The position numbers and the translations under genes are program-made. Below the pieces are notes generated by a model. That model did no database searches. It was not told the origin of the DNA and saw only the letters and a list, made by a program, of their open reading frames with translations. A DNA stretch of 64,000 nucleotides from Octopus vulgaris (taxonomy: Eukaryota): positions 65,162,001 through 65,226,000 of the forward strand of contig OX597826.1 of the NCBI GenBank assembly GCA_951406725.2, in the 5' to 3' direction. Below, one piece after another: positions 54,083 to 64,000 of this stretch; position 1 is the stretch's first letter; the number at the start of each line of letters is the position of its first letter.

Positions 54083-55754
54083 CTGAAAATAGAAAATGAA
54101 AACAAAATAAAAAGTGAATAACTTCAAAGGATACAGTTCTTGATTTTCAGATCCTCTTAAAGAAACTAAAAATAAAGGTATGAAGAAAACTGAACAACCT
54201 TTCTGTGACTTGAAGGTACATCCTGACACACCTTCACTGCCATCTTCCTTCCCTTCTAACAGGGGTAACCATGTATCTCCCCTACCACAAGACACCTGTT
54301 CCTGTCCCCCTATTATAACTGTAACCTCTCATCACTTGGCATAAAACCACCTCCCTCAATACAACTTACCTATCTCAGTTGAAAGGTCTTGTCTTGCAGG
54401 TTACTTAGTAACGTCACTAGTGTTGGTATTGTGTAAAAAATTCCCAGTCTATAAGGTTGTTGGTGTAAGGACGAACATCCAGCCATAGAAACCATGCCAA
54501 AGTAGACATTGGAGTTTGATGCAATCCTATGGGCATTCAACTTCTCTTGAACTGGCCAACAAATGTTAGCAGAGAAAGCAGATGTTAACTGATGATGATG
54601 ATGATGCATATTGTTATTGCTAAAATGCATTAAGCATCCATTATCATTATTGTCTTGATGTACCCTTTTCCATACTTGTATGGGTCAGGTGGAATTTGAT
54701 GAGGAAGATTTTCCATGGCTAGATGCCCTTTATATTGTCAACCCTCACTTGTTTCCAAAAAAGATAATATTTCCCCCTTAGCTGGACATGTTTTCATGGA
54801 AGGCTGGGAATGAATGAGACTGCCTGATGGCAGTGACACTTGTTCATGACTACTTCTTGACACCAAAACAAGGAGACACACAAACACACATATGTCATTT
54901 CACTAAGCCCTTCACTCCTTAACAAGCATAGGCCATTGACGACTTTTCTCTACTAGTCTTCACTCAGGATGATCTTTTAGGATATCCTCTCTTCCTTGAG
55001 GGAAGGCCTTCCTCTCCTACATCTTGAATTGTCATCGATGCTTCTGTAACTTTATTTTTTCTAGGTAGAGATATTGGCCTTATGCAAGCACATATTTTTA
55101 CCTTTGGTAAGAGGTGGTCCATAATAGCCTAGCTTCTAACCTTTGACCTGTCCAGCATAGGAGGCTCTACCAGGAGCCTGTTTGCTATTCAGTCCATTTC
55201 AATTTGTCTGGAAGTTTAAAAATTACTGCAGCAGAGGAAGACAAGATAGTATGTCCAGGATTACTGAGATATTTAGTAATATTTCTTCATCAAGAACATC
55301 TGTTTCCTCACCTGTCTCTAAGAATAGTAATTTTTTTCTTATATAGATTCTTGTGCATCAAACCAACTCGCACATTCTCTTTATTTGATATCCTTGTTAC
55401 CTGAACCTACTTCTTTTATTAAGTTTGGATAAATTTACACTACTATCACATTAAACTATTATCGGACAACTTTTTGCTTACCAACTTTGGTACTTGATAA
55501 AATTTCTACCATTCTTTGATCTAATTCCTTCCATTAATTTTAGCTAATATTTCACTTGCATTTCCTGGCCCTAAGACCTTACTTTATATATATATATATA
55601 TTGATAAAAATGGTAAGATAACAAAAGAATGAAAAAGACCTCGATATTATGCAAATATATATATATATATATAGAAAGGTATAAACATACATATATATAA
55701 AAAAAGGTGTAAGAAAAGGAACGCAAGAAATGTAATTGTTATTAGTGCTTTCAG

Positions 55755-55853
55755 AATTACATGTGTTTCAGAAGCCCAGCAAACATCAATTACATGACCT
55801 TAAAAACCCAATTATGTGACATATGCAGCCAGCCCTCCCTTTTCATCAGTATT
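55755..55853 (-). ncRNA. Type I hammerhead ribozyme-like motif
   Basis: On -: CTGATGA...GAAAC-ACAT-GTA; core nucleotides intact, stems I and II imperfect. Confidence 0.5.
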
Positions 55854-58179
55854 ATTGAAAAAAAAAAAAAACAACAATGCCAATAATGTTAATGAAGAGG
55901 GCCAGCTGCACTTGGTGCATAATTGGGCCTTTAAGCCCACATATTCCATTTTCTATATATGGCATACAGACTATACACACTAGCCAATCTAGCGTTATGA
56001 AGGTTTTCAAGCCACAATGAGTATAGGAGTAAAATGTGGAACAGATCTACTATATCCAAATATTTTGGCAATGTGTTGTGCTTTCTGGTGCTGGACTTCA
56101 TTAATCCTTTCTCGATTCTCTACCATATATATATGGTATATATAGATATATATGTGGTCTAGTGGCTAGAGTGCTACACTCACAACCGCAAGATCATGGT
56201 TTCAATACTAAGACTTGGTACTGCATTGGGTTCTTGAGCAAAACACTTCATTCCATATTGCCCTGCAATCACTTGGATATCCGACATGTGGCAGGCCATG
56301 CACCTGTACAGGTAATGTTGATTTGATTGAAGGAGTGAGCTAATATATAGCACAAACATTTGATCACTATAAGCAAATACCTATATACACACACACGATT
56401 ATCATTTTTATGTACACATATGATTATCATCTTTGTGTTAAGTTTTCCATGGTATGGGTTGTAATGGGGCTTCTCCAACATATATGGCATACAGACTATA
56501 ATACACACTAGCCAACCACTTGTCAACTTCTTCATGAGGTTTAGTATTCTGAGATCAGCACTTACTACTTTTCCCAACCATTGCTTTTCTACTTGGATCA
56601 CTTGGACCTTCCTTACCCAACTGTTGCCCTCCATATACATCCCATACCAACTTACTGGATTCCTCTTTTTACTAAGTTTTCCACTCAATCCATCTATACT
56701 TCTTTGTTCATGCTTACCAACATTACACACCCAGAGGAGAATGTTTACTACATTTCTTTCCAACTTCAACACATGCCCTGCCTTCAATATCACCCAGAGG
56801 TGATCAAACAATCTGAGAGAGAGAAAGAGAAACCCCTTGCTGCCAGCAGCAACTTTTCCTACCACCATTTCCATTGCTGTGTAGGCCACCTAGACAACAG
56901 AAACTGTCAAATATTTGCAGGAGGCTTTCCAAGTGTTTGAAAGAATTTATTTCCTGGGTACTCTTTATTGCTAACTTCTCCAGTGCATCTGCTACATATA
57001 AACCCCAGTTTGACTGATCCCACTGCATTTCTTGAACAATGTAATTTACATTAGATGTATAGGAAATATCTAATTGTAGTTTATAATGTGGTATAGAAAC
57101 AGAACAGAACAGTGACGTGTTTATTTATTTATATCTTTGCCACTGAATCAAGAGCCTGTTCTCTGATATTGTCATGTTATTGTTAGAGAATGAGATTCCT
57201 TTTGCTGGCTGAGCAGTGTGACTGTACTTATCACTGGCAATTTTAGTAGCTGCAGGAGGTCAGGTAGTGCGAGCTTCATTAGTATTTGTGGTGGTGTCTA
57301 AATTCAGTTTATTATAATTGTAGACTACTGCTGCTAAATGTTACATTTTATGCTTGGTATTTTTTGGCAATGGTACTGGTAGTATCTGACTGCCTTTTGC
57401 TTTTAGAGCTGCAGTTGACCACTTGTAACTGGGTCAAATTAGTCACCCGTACTAAATTTCTGGTGATTTTACATTATTATTTCAAGTTTATTCACATGTT
57501 TAGTAATTATATAACAATTTCTAAAATTCTTTTTTAGTTCTTGCCTTGTAAGAGTAACGTAAATTCAATAGCAATTTCATATAACTATGGTCAAACTTTT
57601 AGAATCATAAGGGCCCTAAGAAAAAGCAACCCGAAATTACAGGTGTAATTATAGGTTGCAAACTGAGGGAATATTTTTTTGTTGCAATATAACAAAATCA
57701 CACAAGGGCTTGGAGAGAAACACATAACTGTGGACCATCTGGGGAAAAAAAGAAGAGTAATGAAGTACAGAGGTACAAAGAACAAATCTGAAGCATTATG
57801 CAGTATACCTGTCTCTCCTGCATGACTACTTCATTTATCTGACGCAATTTTAAAGCAAATCTATCAGAGCATTGCAGGTAATGGCACTAACGATGCATTT
57901 AATGCCCAAGCTTTGCTATTATGCAATATCTAACTTAGCATAAAATATTACACAATTTGCCTGCTACTAAGAGAGGGTGGGAGAGAGAGTTCCTTTGTTA
58001 TCAGCAAAGTGCTTTCCACCCCTACCAATTTTTCAACCTTTCTTACTTTGTCTGTTTTCACCACTGATTAAGTCATTAAGGTAACAGAAGTTGTCAACAC
58101 CTTCTAGAAAGTTTTTCTAAGAATTTAAAAGATTTTATTTCCAAGGTACTCTTATTGCTAACTGATCCTGTGCATCTGT

Positions 58180-58620
58180 CACATGCAAATTTCTCCATGC
58201 CAGTTTGCCTATAATCCTATTGTATCTCTTTTTTCCTTGATGGTTGTAGAGTTTCATATATTAGGGTTTCATTCATTGATTTCAGGTACTTTTTCTATGT
58301 TTGGAATTATTTCTCTAATCCTTCAACTGATTCATGTGTGAGAAAAAGGTTGTCCATTGGTATACAGGAGTTTGTATGGGCATGGCCAATCTTAAACTCT
58401 ATTATAGCACAGAGTACTAGAAACAAGAGGGGACTGAAAACAGAGCCTTGGTGGACATTCCCCAAAGCCTTACTAAACTCATTGCTAATTTCCTCTTGCT
58501 GACAACACCCCTTTACATGGCTTACACAGCTCTCACAAGTCATTCATCAATACCCAGTTTTTTCAATGATTACAAAGCTACAGAGTATGGTACCCAGTCA
58601 AAAGCTTCTGAAAGTCAACA
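58180..58620 (-). mobile_element. RTE LINE RT fragment
   Basis: VHQGSVFSPLLF motif in ORF 58307-58543; related fragment at ~56900-57030. Confidence 0.7.
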
Positions 58621-58643
58621 AATGCTAGTATACTATAGTATGT

Positions 58644-58928
58644 TTGTTCCTTTTCGAGCCATGCCTGGTTTCCCGGTTTCCTTGGCGTATAGGTTCCCCA
58701 CCTGGATAGGACGTTGGTCCGTCGCAGGTGAGTTGCAAGATGCAGGAGGAAAGTGAGATAAAGTAGTGGCGAAAGAGTCAGCAGAAGTTTGCCATTACCT
58801 TCTGCCGGAGCCACGTTGAGCTTAGATGTTTCGCTCATAAACACACACATCGCCTGGTCTGAGATTTGAACCCACGATCCCTCGACCGTGAGTCCGCTGC
58901 TCTAACCACTAGGCCATGTGCCTCCACA
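58644..58928 (-). mobile_element. tRNA-derived SINE (second family), relatively young
   Basis: On -: A box TGGCCTAGTGG, B box GGGTTCAAATC; CpGs retained; TATAGTAT on both flanks. Confidence 0.8.
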
Positions 58929-60297
58929 GTATAGTATATACGCTCACGTGGTCACCCCAGTTTCATCCTGCCTCAACTTCTAACTCTTTGGACTTGCATG
59001 TCTTAACCACTTCCTAAATTTTCTGCACCTCTCCTCATCTACATACCAGCACTCCACCCGGATTACCACTGGCTATACTGACTCTACTTACATGGATTTC
59101 AGTGGATTTTTTCATTAGTGGCTTGTTGTTAGCTAAGAATTTATGTAGCTGTCTCATTAGGAGAAAGCCATCAATGGTACTTTGTCATAATATAAACCAA
59201 AATGGCTTCTCAGCTAAGGTGATTCACTTTCTCATTCGTCATCGTCCGCTTTCCATGCTGGCATGGGTTGGACAGTGCAACTGGGGTCTGGGAAGCCTGA
59301 AGGCTGCACCAGGCCCAGTCTGATCTGGCAATGTTTCTACGGCTGGATGCCCTTCCTAACGCCAACCACTCCATAAGTGTGGTGGGTGCTTTTTACGTAC
59401 CAGGTGAGGCTGGCAAACGGCCATGATCGGATGGTGCTTTTTACGTGCCACCAGCACGGAAGCCAGTCGGGGCGGCGCTGGCAACGGCCACGTTCGGATG
59501 GTTCTCTTATGTGCCACTGGCACTGGTATCACAGCTACAATTTCCATTCATGTTGATCGATTTTGATTTTAATCTATATTTCTGTTATCTTAATAAATTG
59601 GTCTGACAGTTTAATGACTCTCTTGTTACATCTTTGTGTTCTGAGTTCAAATCCTGCCATGGCTTGCCTTGGTTGGTAAACTTAATCCATCACCTGGTTT
59701 AACACCACCACCCAGCACTTTGGGTATCCTTACTGGAGTGTGCTCTGTTGCAGGCATTCAGAGCAGGTCTATGATTTGAGAACACCTTGTACTTTCTCCC
59801 TCTTACTAGTTTTGAAGGTTCTACAAATAGTCATGGGCATTGCCATTCTTTCATGATGAATATATAAAAAAAAACAACAAAAAAACTAAAACAACAAATA
59901 TATTTTTAACCTGTTTGTTGTTGTCTTTTAATGTTTCTCTCTCATTCTTGTTGAATTTGGCTTGTTTTGGGGCATGTTTTGTTAACATACCATTACTCTT
60001 TCTTTAATAATTCCTTCTTACATTTTATTTTTTATGTTGTCTATATTAGCTGTCACTATGATAATTGAAAAGCAGGACAATTAGACAAACACAGGCATCA
60101 CATTTATGTTTTGTATATTTGGAAAGAAACATTATATCACAATAAAATCAACTAATTATGAACTGAACGACAAAAATGGGAAACAAAAACTAAATTAAAT
60201 GAAAGATTCAAAGCACACATACACACATATATATTAGTAGATGGAAGAGCACTTTCGGAAGTGACAGTGTTGAGGAACTACTCTTGGAATCTATGAA

Positions 60298-60459
60298 AGG
60301 GTGAGCGCGAATGCAGATCCCACATATAGAAATAGTGCATCTGCATTGCCTACATTTGAGGTGATCACAAAGGTTAACTCAACCGGAATGCAATGGAAAG
60401 GCCTCACTTTGGGAGGATCACCTTGATGATCATGGTTAACCCTTGTGTCAGGTAAGTAC
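60298..60459 (-). ncRNA. U1: U1 snRNA full-length variant or pseudogene
   Basis: Reverse complement: GTACTTACCTG (5' splice-site recognition), ACCATGATCATCAAGGT (SL1), CCATTGCATTCCGG (SL2 loop), CAAATGT (SL3), degenerate Sm site TATTTCTA, CTGCATTCGCGCT (SL4 UUCG loop); 162 nt. Confidence 0.9.
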
Positions 60460-60469
60460 ATTTTTTGTA

Positions 60470-60815
60470 TTCCTTCATTCTTTTATTTGCTCCAGTCATT
60501 TGACTGTGGCCATACTGGAGCATAGCCTTTAGTTGAAGAAATTGACCCTAGGACTTATTCTGTTGGTCTCTTTTGCTGAACCCTAAGTTATGGAGATGTA
60601 AACACACCATCATCGGTTGTCAAGTAATGGTGGGGGCACAAACACAGACACACAAATACATATATATATATATATGCCTTCAGTCTCCATCTTCCAAATC
60701 CACTCACAAGGCTTTGGTTGGCCTGAGGCTATAGTAGAAGACACTTGCCCAAGGTGCCATGCAGTGGGACTGAACCTGGAACTATGTGGTTGGGAAGCAA
60801 GCTTCTTACCACATG
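60470..60815 (-). mobile_element. tRNA-derived SINE (main family) immediately 5' of the U1 copy
   Basis: Family core on -; tail AAAAAGAATGAAGGAATAC runs up to the U1 5' end. Confidence 0.8.
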
Positions 60816-61027
60816 ACAATAGTAAACAAGCATCACTGCCGTAGAAGCAATTCTGTTCATTTCTAGTCTTCCATGAAAGAAAATGCCTGGCCACTGGAAA
60901 ATATTATCTTGCTTGGAAACAAGTTAGGGTTGGTGAAAAGTAAGGCACCTGGCCATAGAAAACCTGCCTCAACAAATTTTGTCTAACCCATGCAGGCAGA
61001 GAAAACTGGATTTTAAACAAGGATTGT

Positions 61028-61031
<4 letters not shown>

Positions 61032-61089
<58 letters not shown>
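61032..61089. repeat. (GA)n microsatellite
   Basis: Seen directly. Confidence 0.97.
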
Positions 61090-61090
<1 letters not shown>

Positions 61091-62639
61091 ATGTTTTTTT
61101 TAATTCAGCAAACTAACCAAAACTAATGACGGAGAAAATAAGAACAAAAAAATGTTAGGATGGTTGAAACAGTTTCTCTGCATTGAAAAATAAAGTGCAT
61201 TCTGTTGCAATTACCACTGTGACATTTTATTAGAGAAAGTGAAATGGACAGATACTCAAGCTGCATACGCATTAATATAGATACTTTGATAGTATTTTGT
61301 TGTATAAAATTTCACTAGGTTCCAAAGATACACAAGAATAAAGTGCAAGTTTGTAGTTTTGTTTTGATTTTTACACCTGTTTTTCCATGCTAGCATCACA
61401 CACACACACACACATGACAATGTATCACCATAATCATCATTAGTTTAATGTCCACTTTTCTATGGTCACATGGGCTGGATGGTATTTTGTTGAGGTGGAT
61501 TTTCTACAACCGGATGCCCTTCCTGTTGCCAACATTCACCAACCAGGCAAAGCAAATATTTCCTCATGACCAGACACAGAAGACGGGAAATGAAGGACAT
61601 GGCTTCATTGACAGTGACACTCATTTACAACTGTCATACACTGTCAAAGCAAGGAGATAGTATCACACACACCCTGATATGTCTCTGAAAACAATAACCC
61701 TCTGCTTGAATGGGCTACGGTTCCCCAGAGTTGACCGTGTATCTCTTCCAGGTGGTGCTATTAAATTAGACATGGCCTGAGTCAACTTCGTCTGAAACTT
61801 ATCTAAGTAATCTAATCTATGCTGTAACCTATTAGTCAAAGCATGACAACGTGGGTAGAGGCTGATATCTTAACATTTCTGATGGTCTTAAGTATAAAAA
61901 AATTATCAAAGATTTATATAGAACTACATTCAGAGTATGTCTATAAGCTATTGTGTTTAGACCTGGTTTCTATCCTCAAACTGTTCCGTTTTTTGATGGT
62001 GATTGTGGTGAAAGCAGAGACAGTGTTGATGATGACGATGGTCAAGATAAGTTATGGGAGGCGAAAAAAATAGTATTGGTGGTTATAATGGTGACAGGAG
62101 TAGTGTGATGTGAGGTGGAAATGAGCTGCTTGGCGGAGGTCTGCGCTCTCCGAGTGCTTTTCTAGTATTGTATTGTGGTTGTCTCCTTTGAGAATTTATA
62201 GAAAGCTTTGGGATTTATTTTTTTTGCTTTCCACAACTCTCTTTCTCTCTGCTCTTTCCCTTTTGTGAGAGAGTTTGAGCTTGTTTTCGAGATTCCTTGG
62301 AATGTCCATATTAAGATAGACTTCTACATGCTGATACATATATACGAGTATGTGAGTGTGTGTGTGTATATATATATATATGGTGTTTTTACGTGCCATC
62401 TGCACAGGAGCCAGTCCGATGGCACTGGCAACGACCACGCTTGAATGTTGTTTTTCACGTGCCACTGGCACGGGAGCCAGTCAGTGGCCCTGGCAACGAT
62501 CATGCTCGGATGGAGCTTTTAATGTTCCACTGGCACGGGTGCCAATCAGGCATGTCATCAGGCATGTCAGCGATTTTGATTTCATTTGTCTCAACAGATC
62601 TTCGCAAGCAAAGTTTATTGTCCAATGAATGAAGGATAC

Positions 62640-64000
62640 TCATATGTGGGCTGGTTATACACCACTGCCATAGGCCTTCTGTCTTTAGTCATATGGTGTG
62701 GTGTGGTGGTGGGTGTTACTGTTCCATTTGTGTTTTCTATTGAGGCTTGTTCTGTCTACTGCTACGTATGTAGCCTCTATGATCTGTCTAAGTGCCATGT
62801 CAGTTCTATGTCCTGTCTGAGCATGTTGGTAGGGCACTAATGAGCTTTTCCCTTCTTTGAGCTCTCGCCAATGTTCACTTATATGCTCTCCTATGCTGCA
62901 TGCAGTCTCTCCAATGTAGGTAACTGTCATGTTTCTGCACCGACCCTCAGTACATCATAAGCTATACACTACATTTCTAACCTTACAGTTAATTTGTGGG
63001 TTCATCCTACATACAACACAATTGTACTCTGTACAGGGGGACTTATCAAAGGGATAGGTATTACAGATCAGGGATTTCTATGGGGCACCAGGCCTCTCTA
63101 CTGCTTTAATTCGTAGATTAGCCTTACTTAATGTTTTCTAAAAAGGTGTACTAGTTCACTACCAGGGGTAGCATTGACGAACATAACACTGGTATTTTTT
63201 GTTGCCATACCAAGTGTTAGCCTTATTTATCTTATTACTGGTCCTTTCTGTGCTGTTCCATGATTTACTCAAGTACAGTGAGCAGATCCCTTTAGCATCA
63301 CTCTCTATAATGGCTTTGTACTCAGTCTTGGCTTCTTTGTACACTCTAGTCCAGTCCCTCTGTTTGTAATCAGAGAACTGCATGTGGTGGATGAAGTGTT
63401 GTACGTCTTTCAAATTCCATAGGGTCGCACATGCGAGACATATTCCTCATCACAGTCACCAAGTCAGTTTTAAAAATATTGAAGTTAGCGTTGTCCACAA
63501 TTGCTGTGTTCTTGTGAACAAGGTACTTAGGGCCAGGCATAATGAGAGTGAAGGATCTGGACCTTACAATTCTTTTTTTCTAGCCAGAGTTCAGTGTCTA
63601 AAATGGATAATCTACAGTTAGGATGCTTACTAGGGTAGTCTATCATTATTTCTATACTCTGGTGGAAGGAGTTAGCTATTTGCTGGATGGTCTCCAGAGT
63701 GTTAGCTTCTAGATCATTAACATTGTTTTGTAGGGGTGCTTTGGCCACTATGTTGATAATATCCACGTAGCAGGAGTACATGGCTAGGTTTATGGAATTC
63801 TCTGCAAATTTCTCTGTAAGTCTCCTGTCCCACCATACCATAAATAGGTTAGCCACATTGCCAGCGATACTGACACCGATGGCTGCATCCTCCTCCTTTG
63901 TTATTAAACTTAAATATATGGCCCTTGAGTGTGGTCTTGGTACTCGCACCCACTGTATGTGCAACCATTTTTTTAACCTGATCGTTATTTCTGGTCCACT
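62640..64000 (-). mobile_element. Penelope-like retroelement remnant (RT + GIY-YIG endonuclease), runs off the window
   Basis: AIGVSIAGNVANLFM...CYVDI...LSILDTELW (RT) followed by TYIGETACSIGEHISEH (YIG motif); frameshifted. Confidence 0.85.

Noticed and set aside
54083-54295. N-terminal 71 aa of the 230-aa Rab ORF
   Set aside because: Intronic read-through upstream of a clear acceptor; lacks the P-loop and switch I
58850-58925. tRNA gene
   Set aside because: A and B boxes present but they are the head of a SINE; no complete cloverleaf
60359-60457. Plus-strand pseudoknot ending in a perfect CAG|GTAAGT donor, or a telomerase-RNA-like TAACCCT
   Set aside because: Fully explained as the reverse complement of U1 snRNA

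Overview
AT-rich animal genomic DNA, most likely a coleoid cephalopod (Octopus-like). This is inferred from the SINE, LINE and microsatellite landscape, not from a search. The window holds a complete 15-coding-exon PCF11 gene on + (CDS 11427-32979, all junctions GT-AG and phase-compatible, 1792 aa by hand count). It also holds the last coding exon of a convergent Rab33 gene on - (53603-54082; exon 1 not seen, probably beyond 64000) and a full-length diverged U1 snRNA copy on - inside the Rab33 intron (60298-60459). A probable non-coding spliced transcript diverges from the PCF11 promoter. The rest is RTE, CR1 and Penelope remnants, tRNA-derived SINEs, MITEs and microsatellites. Best leads: (1) a candidate PCF11 autoregulatory module in intron 1 (very strong orphan acceptor, immediate stop, five clustered AATAAA); (2) a chimeric copy of exon 7 in intron 9 that would act as a poison exon; (3) the SINE-abutted U1 variant; (4) several fold-back elements carrying Penelope-type hammerhead ribozyme motifs; (5) a beta-hairpin 'IDG..RFDGP' repeat domain in PCF11. 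None is shown to be novel without database or expression checks.
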